IMG/VR virus record: IMGVR_UViG_3300020461_000816
Span: 1-28,089 of that record
Length of the DNA: 28,089 bases
DNA from: a virus
Taxonomy: Duplodnaviria; Caudoviricetes
Direction: 5' to 3' (one strand)
Shown here piece by piece: positions 9,001 through 17,400 of the stretch. The translations under genes were made by a program, and so were the position numbers. Below the pieces are notes generated by a model. It was not told the DNA's origin. It saw only the letters and a list, made by a program, of their open reading frames with translations, and made no database searches. Each line of letters starts with the position of its first letter. Position 1 is the stretch's first letter.

Positions 9001-12000
9001 CAATATTAGCTAGAATAGAACGACTGATAGCAGCTATTGAGGCTAAGCATGCAGCCACTTATAGCCCTAAACCTAAAACTGGAATCGGCAACTACCACCT
9101 CGGTTTCCAGAAACTCGTGCAAACCCCAGCTGACATTATTAAATCCGCAAGGCCAAGAATGGAGCAATCTGCAAATGATCTTGTTGATGCTGTCACTCGG
9201 TCCCTGGCAAGTGTCACTAGCAAAGTTGAGGAAGTAAACGAACAGGCACAAAAAGCATTAGCAGTTAAACAAAAGCAAGAACAAGCAAAGTTGATAGATC
9301 AACAGTTTAAGGGGGCGGGCGCTGAAATGACCAAACGCCTCGAAGCTGGCCACTCTGGTATAGAAGGTGTTAAGAGTGAATTATGGGCTTCATATGGAAG
9401 TAAAAGTAAGGGTAAGAGAAGGCTTGATGAAATTGATGAAGAGCTTGCCCAACTTAGTCGCCTTAAAGGAAAAGAATATGAAAGACACTGGGCTGTTCCT
9501 ACTCCATATGAGACAGAGAATGAATCTAACATTCGCCAGTGGAAAAAAAACCTTAGAGCATGGAGAGATCAACAAAACAAAAAGAAATTCGACAGCAACA
9601 AATGGTTTGATATATATAACGCTCCAGGACCTTTGGGGAATCGTGACACACTAAAATACAGAGATGGCAGAAGGATTCATGGAGAATTTTTGCAAGGGGC
9701 TTCACAACAAGAAATTGACAGACTCTCTAAAGCTATTGCTAAGGAAAAAGCAAATAAAGTCGGGCTCGGGGTGGGTCTTTCTTCAATTCAAAGTGATTTA
9801 TCAAAGACAGGTATTTCTTCCGAAGAGCGTCAGAGCTTAAGGGACCAGCAGAAAAAAACAAAAGAAAAAATCCAAGCCATAAATTCAAATATAGAAAATC
9901 TAGAAGAAGAGAAAGCATGGTACGAGAAAGTATATAATACAGGAACTTTCTGGATTGATTATGACAAAAATAATGAGCAAAAACAGGATGAACTAAGAAA
10001 AGAACAGGAAAGAATAAACAATGAACTAAACGATGCACAAAAAGCGATAAACTCTGCAAAAGTTGAACTATTAAATCAATATAGAAATAGAGCTGAAGTA
10101 TTAACCGCTATGGTTGAAGGTTTTAATTCAGGAGAAGCTCCATTAACGAAAGGAGAATATGAGAGCCTATATACCGAAGTTCAGAATTTTAATAACACTT
10201 ATGGCATGCAACTAAGAAATGAGGATCAAAATTATGGGAGGGTTAATATGACAGAGCCAAATCGTGTTAATAATAGCCGTTTTCGTACTAAAGAGGACTT
10301 TGCAGGGCCTCCTTTAGCCAATCAATTACCTCCCCCATTTGACACATCTAAATTGCCCCCAGTACCGCCCCCTCCGGCACTAGTAGGCCAAAAAGAAGTA
10401 GGACTTTCGTTAGCGATGGACCCCAATGTGCAAGGATTAAAACTCGCCTTAGAAGCTAACACAAGTGCTGTTAGGGAAAAAAATGTAAAAATCTACCAAG
10501 ATTCTCTAGATGATTTAGGCCAAATTTTAGGAAAAAAATTCTGGGGCGGAAGAATTCAAAAATTTGCAGAAGGCGGCTTCGTGAATGGGCCAGCAGGAAA
10601 AGATCAAGTTCCTGCCATGTTGACCGCCGGTGAATACGTTGTGCCCAAGGATGAAGTCCAAAAATTTAATAAAGGAACAGGCAGGCGAGGCGCTGGAACT
10701 ACTGGTAATTGGTGGGAAGAGGATTGGTTTGGCTGGAATCGGCAAAACACAGACAACCGTATGGTCGCAGGGCTTCAAGCGGTAACCTCAGCGGTAACCA
10801 TGCAGCATGCATCAAGACTGATGAGTGACGCTCTCAATAAAAGGCAAGACAAGCCTCCGACATTTGATATGAAAAAGCTTAATCAGCTTAATTTACAATC
10901 AGATGTGTCAATGAAAAGGGGTGATCCCAGGCTAAGCTCGAAAGCTTTGGCGAATGATCCTGTGATGGAAGAATATCGATCATATTTAATGGACAAAGCT
11001 GCTTATAGAGTACAAAAGCAAAACGAAAAAATCAAAAAAAGAAAATCACGTATTGGTACGGCTGTGCAGACTGCCGCTAGTTTTGCCATGAAAGAGGGTG
11101 TAAATAAAATTGTTCGCCCAATGGTCTCTAAAGCCAGAGAAGCCGTTGTTGACTGGGCTGGCGGAAAATGGGGGGATTATTCAGAGACATATCAACATTT
11201 AAGAAAAAGTGGATTTGATGTAAAATATAGCGATGTCAGGGAATCTATCGAAAGCGGAAAAGATTTAACATTTGACAGAGTTGTCAATGGAAGAAATAGA
11301 ACATATACATTTAGTCCAAAAAAGACACCTTTTCATGATCAAAAAGGAACACTTGAAATATCTAATATAGAGGGTGGCGGAATAGGAGGAAATCAAATAT
11401 ATGCTGATGGTTTTGAATGGCAAAAATGGGGGGATCCATTTACAAATGCCGCAAGGCTAAGTGAGCCCACTAGGCCTGGAAGCGCAGAAGAGAGAAAAAT
11501 ATTAAAAAACTTAGAAGAAACATACGAAAGGAAAAATAGAGGCGGACTAATACCCTCAATGCTTACTGCAGGAGAGGGATTTATACCAGCGTCAATAGCT
11601 AAAAGAATTGGTTATGGAAACTTAGACACAATGAACAAAACCGGATCTCTTCCGATTGTTCAAGGCCCAGGAGGAATTGACAAGGTTGGGCCAGTTGGTT
11701 TAAGTGAAGGAGATTTTATTATCCGAAAAAGTTCTACGGACAAACTCATGAGGGAAAACCCGAACATGATGAGATTTGCACTTCAGAACCCAGACGGATT
11801 CAGGAGAGGGGAAACAGGATATTACGAGGGAGGAATAGTTGGCACTGGAGATTTTTCTTCAACATCAATGCCTACCTCAAGTGCTTCGTCGACTGGTCAA
11901 CCAGTTAATAGAATTCAGCCATTGATAGAAGCTGCTGAAGCACAACAAAAAGAAAAGGCAACACATTCTCAAAATAACGAGGTTACCAATAATATTAATG

Positions 12001-12158
12001 TTAGCGTAACCATTGATAGCTCAGGGAATGAAACGGTAGAGGCATCAAGCCCTAAGGAATCATACGAACAAGAGCAAGAACTGGCCATGAAGATTAAATC
12101 TAAGGTTCTAGAAGTTATAAGAGAGGAGAAAAGACTAGGCGGAGAGCTCGATAGATGA
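3..12158 (+). CDS. Giant phage tail tape measure protein carrying an internal array of effector-like cassettes (5' partial)
   Basis: The frame is open from base 3 (KSLGGGEDEGSSFAKGLVRGIGNVLTGPG...), so the TTG start at 75 is probably an artefact and the gene begins upstream. It has long Ala/Glu/Lys/Leu-rich helical stretches and Gly/Ala-rich amphipathic segments (about 50-150 and 5700-5870). The C-terminus is TMP-like (FAEGGFVNGPAGKDQVPAMLTAGEYVV; NNINVSVTID...VLEVIREEKRLGGEL). It lies directly upstream of lambda-like M/L/K/I/J tip genes. Confidence 0.9.
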   Translation, partial: KSLGGGEDEGSSFAKGLVRGIGNVLTGPGMIAFTVIFTKLLANVFKFAGSSLKDVMGIVSEKEKVRKIEESIVKILGENKDLTQALNNLSDDRVAQEKFVLGMIERQTNALLEQKKLAERLARPLVRQGVNEDLSFTSDSLVDLDGDGIPDTFNASGGVVPRERKKERAGARRGGYTPGAVADMNVPGIGRVVYNKAETIKQFPGMAQPAIMPPQNSPAGQHYKNAFSDKHGFNPYAGSGFVPNFARWGKADYPGRNTKKYSEAKGNWYMDNPASGNISVRGTPFNDLPNYVINQIKKTGGAIGGGNIVFETPVSNLNKSTFFGIGDHLSALGISTIRTELPFDFINYADEYLGKSGQLKSSYRTRLSKGSSASKGKMGEELFMTSEEGGGYKSTAAHDQGVVDAVQEGKIPIEVKAGSISLQNLAEKSIRRYSNQAFRDNIRQLANAHIGSTSRNNLIPGLETNGEIAESLLNAVDQFEEQTIVNNLSLLAKMGEYSFTGMSNEETKSLLINDPKRKILKHGIGDRELQTLKKFGLSGGFVPNFIGLTPAVKSIAAEFNPKNVSNKTHLSYIALAKNVRLSAMGGGTKSLSTIAAEMGISESTISNSKKPSTTSGKAAKEALGKGYSAYVSDLNEIKSNKKYHIQRGLDFENHLLEIFGMTRATDKTAPMDYINNEFEGKDKDLKKRIEMMESTGHGDAYAGPAGHAVDHFIAKAVRQQDPDIKTFLTGRKRSKRILNTKNYRDIIGTTGGKTDDVIKGVASISDIAEHSKNWFRRKIVGAGYPLKKTDKVVDFIKANPKLDNKEITYKYTKDFVDINEVVNQISKLDPGNTKSQGLIPNFASTTLYRGTSPRYDKIMDDIPNPPQFLFDKIMAANTKSEFIEAVKHLGISHSMGAYSGSYNERARTATLEELRGYEKLPENEILHGGYVYPRPIKGGWGKQEGVDITPKHQPSGFVSRTVDKDVAMSFAKALTPGYEYDPNEMGRVEERSVSNTRIFDQEKLEKYVDRFGLENVKRSFKEGMRKGTLKDIYLNLHKFRPKVQSTDPLDMFSPNAGESERSIGMTDGSLTSDEKEITQIWSKRSPYFGSNQGLVPNFSYRMAKGIEWQKHASYGKGFDEGTYGKSFIGETIKNQKKFLLAKGHPFFSNYMGNQKKKLWALKQATFSGKDIYWPGAHLADLEAWGHLPNEEAAKSAAQRVADEQKKNNQYRDEMLNGKWEDVSDVMRFVSKTQEVRYTGALKDKIVDKLGKEYSHISYNAKRVEDYAKENKIFKEQSKFGLQTKNPYPDTIRAINQIADLPAQKIKDLDVIRPRGMSEMEMEQVRAQSIANQIKWDVRESASGKKEYGIRANGAGAFPKFMEFLAKKGIPKRSIDNIQKKLDAKNAAMNEHYNQAHKNYGASGRAKQSAGLAYDAMSKDQNRITTDGLYIKNLASLIKEYNESYANQGLVPNFADISKIRELAIRGRGGEKTNAQRMLKKFSIQSKGMFDDMIIDDFLRNPNMSYKGPWGDTVTDYLLSKGYDRDQILKAAKKPGSYTRAAIGLIPNFSNPLRDAISREKSAGIPENRIRVSQDDRLRGPKNPMGLGVINTRDEPLGIGQGIRRAKEMGINPKSHGASQGLVPNFADPVNLDEIRKSLVSNLKKIEKSFGNVNMVTRIFKGLDTDDVDSIEKAIDKTSDLIGHLQEGISNLETKAQSGPLTQAEEKQLSGNKERLEKIKETKKNLEGAKAVASVKTTDDFDKHLEKLIKAINERLKDIEQSGSADAEQEHKKILEERHNLEREDIKLSEQGMKAKEGDISKLFFMSSMIQMVNGQFQELATSSSSVIAGFGRLGEGIGNVVQAQIAAKEVSSQLSSAMGVDSDQSFSLGDLNPFDSSSRDAKNKAFKASEMEKARKGKAPKGMLGGLLKSAGGLARGFTRFVPILGQAYTIFQGVNSALKFLSGTALGAAMGLEEGEGLMDLLASRASKAAKNIERLGKMSEVASAAMESIDKSTEAQKKVTDLEVLGSKRTLKQDTELMRARLELMKAKTKEVESIANLTNKQKAGASGVKFFTEVLEDAASSGKSIRDALEAASTEMSAFTAMAQIRKNFSEQTNNLGLSDGQEEFSSMAKIAGAGLAEFIVPLINEPGKSERENADILNKVMLEVQRIANMSASDIDDSIGIDSIDFSKTGISREFVAEAIAKELQRFQEDTTEEDEYGLDANKAFKAGMQILAEQLKARSDLTDDLLDIAESTGESKKVHARILSMALSESKFAAERQKFQASMLKLDRSIMSNTVSSLKDNELISRADAIRAANAIKLADIQTDLELKRAEATREYSNTLVKLNAESLKVENLISQEDKASLEAATNRLKKGLEKSADALEGGKMLDSLTEGLSEDAVSRLKSMISTDDIAEAQEKLNSLAANVKDGVETQEHLNNILRDMVEKGKHNVALLMKLGLSISETIPVNEDSTIKYREAITKLAQNLDSLDKNNKTEERKLKIATQEELVKAKTLAGAKELARRIEKEVDLRKTIEKNTLGEIATLKVLNDANKERAKIAKKSLGYEALIFERLRRQVQDQLSSEQDTSATLDQQVMLMRLRRPGAVVRNPGIREAVNKQTELDALKVKAELTNLQKSRLEAQDRNSFIAIWKQRNFIANETFLTEKANQENEILNNDANLKLLDNKKNRNDVAARTLILEVQGIEKESMLLDSKVELLKNANYRAYISQSQVNSELKQLKYDKELEDAKFEYALHSGKLAETSGLTAEQETLALEREAMSLKLKEDKLKNEKELISRQTRAQNLLDVQNKLIEMRNAQISASVDQGHLSAMVDADMQIERAGQRGGLRRSATRGIMSGRPEDILAFTEGLKEYNDTVGAGTKAIDQLRIRMAEMSVSASNLGSDLVDIGIDGARSGMVELFKSIGSGAKSASEAWEDFSLGVAESLLDRIMQNNVDKIINDLTYAFTGIDPVEEANRFLAQNSDAVTLNTAAIEKLIATYADGIRSDTAPPVGDRQAILARIERLIAAIEAKHAATYSPKPKTGIGNYHLGFQKLVQTPADIIKSARPRMEQSANDLVDAVTRSLASVTSKVEEVNEQAQKALAVKQKQEQAKLIDQQFKGAGAEMTKRLEAGHSGIEGVKSELWASYGSKSKGKRRLDEIDEELAQLSRLKGKEYERHWAVPTPYETENESNIRQWKKNLRAWRDQQNKKKFDSNKWFDIYNAPGPLGNRDTLKYRDGRRIHGEFLQGASQQEIDRLSKAIAKEKANKVGLGVGLSSIQSDLSKTGISSEERQSLRDQQKKTKEKIQAINSNIENLEEEKAWYEKVYNTGTFWIDYDKNNEQKQDELRKEQERINNELNDAQKAINSAKVELLNQYRNRAEVLTAMVEGFNSGEAPLTKGEYESLYTEVQNFNNTYGMQLRNEDQNYGRVNMTEPNRVNNSRFRTKEDFAGPPLANQLPPPFDTSKLPPVPPPPALVGQKEVGLSLAMDPNVQGLKLALEANTSAVREKNVKIYQDSLDDLGQILGKKFWGGRIQKFAEGGFVNGPAGKDQVPAMLTAGEYVVPKDEVQKFNKGTGRRGAGTTGNWWEEDWFGWNRQNTDNRMVAGLQAVTSAVTMQHASRLMSDALNKRQDKPPTFDMKKLNQLNLQSDVSMKRGDPRLSSKALANDPVMEEYRSYLMDKAAYRVQKQNEKIKKRKSRIGTAVQTAASFAMKEGVNKIVRPMVSKAREAVVDWAGGKWGDYSETYQHLRKSGFDVKYSDVRESIESGKDLTFDRVVNGRNRTYTFSPKKTPFHDQKGTLEISNIEGGGIGGNQIYADGFEWQKWGDPFTNAARLSEPTRPGSAEERKILKNLEETYERKNRGGLIPSMLTAGEGFIPASIAKRIGYGNLDTMNKTGSLPIVQGPGGIDKVGPVGLSEGDFIIRKSSTDKLMRENPNMMRFALQNPDGFRRGETGYYEGGIVGTGDFSSTSMPTSSASSTGQPVNRIQPLIEAAEAQQKEKATHSQNNEVTNNINVSVTIDSSGNETVEASSPKESYEQEQELAMKIKSKVLEVIREEKRLGGELDR
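1125..1256 (+). other. PD-(D/E)xK restriction-endonuclease-like core in TMP cassette 1
   Basis: KGKMGEELF helix (1125), VVD (Asp codon at 1212) and IPIEVKAG (E-x-K at 1242-1250) occur in the canonical order and spacing of this fold. Confidence 0.65.
2532..3278 (+). other. ADP-ribosyltransferase-like domain (R-S-E clade) in TMP cassette 3
   Basis: TLYRG (LYRG at 2541), GFVSRT...VAMSFA (2868) and DEKEI (3219) match the three ART catalytic motifs in order and fill the cassette from end to end. Confidence 0.7.
10563..11843 (+). repeat. Three copies of the TMP C-terminal GG...L[TS]xG[ED] module
   Basis: FAEGGFVNGPAGKDQVPAMLTAGEYVVP (10563-10646), GGLIPSMLTAGEGFIP (11541-11588) and VQGPGGIDKVGPVGLSEGDFIIR (11658-11726), followed by YYEGGIVG (11820-11843). 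Confidence 0.8.
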
Positions 12159-13216
12159 GGCAATCAATACTTGGCTATGAACAGCAATTCTACATCAACG
12201 GAACTCAGATTTCTGGGGTGCAAAGTGTTGATGGATCATATTCTATAAAAGAAACTCCTATTAATGTTCTCGGCTGGGGGCATGTAAATAAAAATTTTCA
12301 GGGAGGAGCTCAATATATTGAATCTGACCAAGGTGGGCTCATATTAGATGAAAACGGATTCAGGTTGTTACAAGAATCTACTTTGTGCAGTAGAAAAAAG
12401 AGCGATCAGTTCCCTGAGAGCTTAGCTGTATTAAGCGCGCCCTTAGAAGGATCGTTTTCTATTAACTCAATGTTAGTTAGTGAAGATTTTTTCTTAAATT
12501 ATACTGGAGATAATCCCTTTACTGGTAGTATTCATCATGGTAATAGTTATTTTGGTTTTAGTAGCGGGTATATTACTAGCCATAATGTTTCTTGTTCTGT
12601 AGGTCAATTACCTGTGACCTCTACATCTATTGCTGTTTTTGGAGACATAGGAGGATCTCCAGATTTAGTCGAGAACGAAGATAACTCTCTCTTAATGCAG
12701 GAAGATTCGTTCAAAGTCGTGCAAGAAAAAAGCGATAATCCGAGTGATACTTATAATGCTAAAGGCAATAATCCATTTCCTGAAATCAGGGTGCCTAATC
12801 AGCAATCAATGTCTGTAGAAATTGGTGGGGATCTTGAGATAGGGGGAGGATTGGCCGGAGAAGATGGAATAACTAAAGATAGGGTAACAAGCTTCAATCA
12901 TTCTATCAATATACCAATAGAACCAATATATGTTGTCGGGTCATCTTCTGCTGTTCAGGTGGATGTTATATGGCCAGTTACAATGCAGACTGATATTACG
13001 ATAGAGGTTGACGAATACAGTTATAGAAGTATGAGAAAATATTTACGATCTCCAATACTCGATAATATAGCTATCAGGATAGATGATTGCTTTGGAAACA
13101 ACATTCAGGATTATTTAGTAAAAGACGCTAGGTTTGCAAGTGAAACTATGTCTGCCTCTACAGATGGAAGACTGACTGCAAATTTGTCTTATATTTCTTA
13201 TTATAATAAAAGGTGA
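12155..13216 (+). CDS. Phage tail structural protein, probable tail-tube-fold tip/baseplate subunit
   Basis: 353-aa ORF with an ATGA overlap on the TMP stop. It is beta-strand rich and has a tail-tube-like start (FYINGTQISGVQSVDGSYSIKETPINVLG) that is echoed in the second half (RVTSFNHSINIPIEPIYVVG). Function is inferred from position and pattern. Confidence 0.6.
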   Translation: MRQSILGYEQQFYINGTQISGVQSVDGSYSIKETPINVLGWGHVNKNFQGGAQYIESDQGGLILDENGFRLLQESTLCSRKKSDQFPESLAVLSAPLEGSFSINSMLVSEDFFLNYTGDNPFTGSIHHGNSYFGFSSGYITSHNVSCSVGQLPVTSTSIAVFGDIGGSPDLVENEDNSLLMQEDSFKVVQEKSDNPSDTYNAKGNNPFPEIRVPNQQSMSVEIGGDLEIGGGLAGEDGITKDRVTSFNHSINIPIEPIYVVGSSSAVQVDVIWPVTMQTDITIEVDEYSYRSMRKYLRSPILDNIAIRIDDCFGNNIQDYLVKDARFASETMSASTDGRLTANLSYISYYNKR

Positions 13217-14418
13217 GAAGTAAAAAACCATTCTATAGATACGAAGATGTTCCCCTGCTTTTAGCGGCGGAGGGGCAGGAGCCTGTCATGGTTTTTGCTC
13301 AATCAGCTAGTATCTCCGCCAACCAGCCCCTAGCGGCGAAAAAATTCATGGAGGATTATAATATATCTTTTGCGCTGCAAGACAAAGATATACATTTTAA
13401 AACAGCTCATGAATCGGGTTTTCTATTGGGTCCTCCAGAGGGTCCTGGATCAAAGGTTCCTGAATCCATAGAGGTTATTAGAAGCGGCCAAAAAATAGCA
13501 TATCCAAATGGTCAAGCGTTGTATCTAGCAGAAGATTTAATGCCAGGAGATTATCATATTAAAGTAAGATCTACTGGAGAAACAATACTTGATTTAAAAG
13601 AAGATATACCTTACGGAGAAGCAGAAGTTGTTAGAAATTATGCTGCAGAAGGACCAATCAGGGGAAGGTTGAGCATATCTTATTACATGAATACTGGAAA
13701 CCTTCACACTTTTGCAGATCTTACTGGCCTTATGGATCCAACTATATATCCACAAGTCAACGAATCAAAAATTACAGGTGCATTAGGAGATTATCATTTT
13801 CATGACATATATTTAAGCGAAATGAGCTTTGACGCACAACCATTTCAGCCGATACAAGCCAATGTTGAACTTGATGTTTATGGAAAAATGGAATATGTAG
13901 AAGGTTTTGCAGACTCCATAACAAGCACATATCATTGTTTTAAAGAAGAACAGATAACATTACCCCATGCAGTAAATACAAAAATTTTAGGGGCAGACGG
14001 AATTGGGATCAACTACCCTCTTAATTTTAACTATAGCATTACGGCTAACAGAGTTCCTGAAATTCCTGTGCCTATTAGTGGTTACTCTGATACAGAAGGC
14101 GAGCTCCCAACTAGGGTAGCAAAAAATGAAGTAGACATTACAGTACAATTACAAGGAGAAAAACTTGATCCTTTTCTTAAGTTAACTGGACAAAGAGCTG
14201 ATGTTACAATAAAACTTTCCGATCTAGGCTTTGAAGAAAGCTATAGTGATAATAATTTTGGAGAATTAAAAGAATTTAGATTGCTGGGTAATTTGATTTT
14301 GCCTGATGAAGTTCCTCAGGAAATGAAGCAATATGGTGTAGTTGATCAAGATGCTCTTAGCGTATCCGAGGGTGGTTTCCTCAGGGGGAGAGCAACAGTT
14401 AAACAGTCTTACAGGTAA
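13213..14418 (+). CDS. Phage tail structural protein, probable tail-tube-fold tip/baseplate subunit
   Basis: 401-aa ORF with a GTG start overlapping the previous stop (GTGA). Alternating beta pattern (YLSEMSFDAQPFQPIQANVELDVYG; NFNYSITANRVPEIPV) resembles the preceding gene. It lies between the TMP and the gpM-like gene. Confidence 0.55.
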   Translation: MRSKKPFYRYEDVPLLLAAEGQEPVMVFAQSASISANQPLAAKKFMEDYNISFALQDKDIHFKTAHESGFLLGPPEGPGSKVPESIEVIRSGQKIAYPNGQALYLAEDLMPGDYHIKVRSTGETILDLKEDIPYGEAEVVRNYAAEGPIRGRLSISYYMNTGNLHTFADLTGLMDPTIYPQVNESKITGALGDYHFHDIYLSEMSFDAQPFQPIQANVELDVYGKMEYVEGFADSITSTYHCFKEEQITLPHAVNTKILGADGIGINYPLNFNYSITANRVPEIPVPISGYSDTEGELPTRVAKNEVDITVQLQGEKLDPFLKLTGQRADVTIKLSDLGFEESYSDNNFGELKEFRLLGNLILPDEVPQEMKQYGVVDQDALSVSEGGFLRGRATVKQSYR

Positions 14419-17400
14419 TGGATATTCCTACAAAAGAATGGGTTCCTGGGAAGGAATACGCCAAAGATGACATAGTCAAGGTTTGGAATCTTGCTTTGCC
14501 TCCTTATTTAGATCCTGATAACATAAAGAACGAAGATTATTTCGCTGGAAAATATGTTAAAAAACTAGGTGATGATGATAGTAATTATGTACTAACAGAC
14601 AAAGATGAATACATTGTCACAGAAGTAGAAAGAGGAGAAATATTTACTGAAAAAACAATATCAAAAAGCTCTGAAATTGCTTTTGGTTTAAAATTTCCGA
14701 TAGATCCACAAATAGGATATACAGCGAAAGCAACAATAAGAAAAAGCCAAGAAGAATCTGATGTAAAAGATCCTTTCTTAACTAGAATTGTAGAAAAAGA
14801 AAAAAGAATAGATATCAATGAGTCAGTAGGGGTTGGGGTTGGAATTAAATTTTATGATTCTAACTTAAAGTATATTGAGCCCGAAAGCCAAAGGATGACC
14901 GTTCGCCCAATGGCATCTAACGAATTAAGTCATACCGAATGGTATCGAGCTCAGATAGATATCGAGCCAAAATTTATACCTCAAGACGCAGCTGTAGGAG
15001 AAGTTTTTATTTTTGTTTACGGAGCGGATGTTGGAGGATTTGATTTCAGGGATGTAGAAGCCACAAATTTAAGTAAATTTTTTTACTGCACAGAAGATCA
15101 TTTATCTAGCCCCCAAAATATGCCAGGAGGATCTTCTTTCTGGACTCAAGATTTTGGCTGGAGACCATCTTATGGCTCTAACTCTACTTTTGCAGCAATC
15201 AACGAATCAATGGTGCTTGGAGAAGGATCTGATTATGTAAATAATTTAGCAATTAATTCTCTGCCTCTCGAGCTTGGCCTTTCTTTTAAAAACAGAACAG
15301 ACAAAGAAGCAAAAGCTATAATTCACTTTTTGCAAGAAAAACATTTCGCTTATGAGTCTATATTTGCTTTAGATTATAAAGGTCAGAGACTGCTCTCTAG
15401 CGACGTTCAGTCATTTAATTTTATATATACTCATCCATATAGAAAAGATCTAAAATTTACATGTATTGAGTTTAATCATACTGTTACTTATAGAAACAAT
15501 AACACTATATCTGCAAAATTTATATGTAACACGGAAAGCTCATTAAGAAGTGTTGAAAGCCACTCTGGATTTAACCAAAGAATAGATGGAGTATTTCCCG
15601 CCTACATAGACCAGAAGACTGAGTTCATTAAAGGAAAAAAAATTAAGTTGAATAGTTTTTCTTTGCAGGATGGAGGCGAAGGAGGGGAAAAGTCGGCGAT
15701 TAGTCTCGAAGGATTATTAGAAATTAGTTCTTACGGAGATATAATAAACGGTTTTCCAAGTGCTGGGCTTCTGACTTTTAAAGAAGATCAAGATCTTGAA
15801 GTAGGCGATTGTATTTATGTTGATGTTCTTGATCCAGTAGACTCTGTTTACTCAATTGGTTTAGGAAAAATATTTAAAGTATTAAATAGTAAAAATTTTG
15901 TATTTGGAAAAGGAAAAGGTTATGTGGATGGTAAGTTAATTCCTTCTTTGCTCACGAGTGGAAGTACTGATGATGTGATGGCCATCGCTCAACTATCAAC
16001 AGATGTTGATCAGCCAATAGACACTGACTCTGAAGATACATTAATTGCTAATTCAAACTCAGGAGATGTCCCTGTAGTCATAAAGAAAATTTTGTTTTGC
16101 CCTGAAGATTGCTTAACTTCCCAGCCTATACTGCCAGATTCTGTATGTGGACAAAAAATCAGCCATAAAGATATAGATCCTACAACTGGAGAAGAAAGAA
16201 AGAAAATTGTTTTCTTAAAAAACTATAGACAGCTGCAGCTTGAGTCGGATATAGATAAGGATACTTTCTCTATAGATGTCACTCCTTTATCAAGTTTTAC
16301 CTTAGAAAAAGAAGATGATTTTCAAATTCTTGTACCAGCGGTTTGCGGTAGAAGTAGTATATATATTGAAAACCCAGATAAAATTCCAAAATATCCATGG
16401 TTGCAAATCAGAAATTTTGAGCAAAAACCAAGTATAGCATTTAATATAAATCAAAGGCCAAAAGGGTTTGATAGTAACTTCTTAAAGTTTTATAATAAAA
16501 AATATAAAAAGTCGATCAACCAAAACATGGCAACATTTAATGTTGTGTTTGAAAAGAGAAACGATGAGGAAGCGGCTGAGATTTTACAATTCCTAGAGAG
16601 CCATTTGGGTTATAAGAAATTTAGGTTTACAATGCCTAGGCCATATTTAGGTGATAGTAGTGAATTAACCACGCAGTCAAGACCTTTTAACTCTGTTTTT
16701 TATTGCCCAAGCTGGGAGCACCAGTTGGTATACAAAAATAATCATACTATTAGTGCTACATTTATTGAGTCTAGCACTGGCCTACAAGAAAATTTTGGAA
16801 ATCCAGATGGGCCTTGCTATGGAGCTAAAGTATATAACCCAGTTACAGAGCATAATCTTTGTACTTTTTCTTCGGTGGCGCAAGCAAAATTTTGCAGCGG
16901 CAGTAAAATGTTGACCAATGAAAATGATGGGTCAATGGAAATTCAAAGAAAAGCTGTTGATATAATTTTTATTATAGATACTACAGGGAGCATGACTCAT
17001 CGTCAAGTAGTAGGCACTGGTCCTAATAATAATGGGTATAACTATTCAAAGTATAAAGCTTCTATCGATTTAGTCTTAAAAATGATAACTGCTTATGATG
17101 ATTATATTGTGCCAGGAACATTAGATTATGATGGAAGTTTTGATGCTCCAGCGATATCTCAGACTCAGCCGCCATGGCCAGTTGATTCCTCCCTTAATAG
17201 CTTAATCGACACAAGTAAGACTGACATAATGGCCGACCTTACTGACAAGGGTTATGATGTAAAAAATTTAGAAAAATTTAAAATTAAAATAGAAAAAAAT
17301 CGAGTAAACATAGGCAGTATGCTTGTTGGAGACCCTGTTATAATTAATGATGTGTCAGAGGTGCCTATTGCTTTTGATAAAAAAATTGCTTATGATACAA

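Noticed and set aside
10778-10799. Direct repeat AGCGGTAACC x2
   Set aside because: This 10-nt tandem duplication encodes AVTSAVT. It is too short and isolated to imply function.
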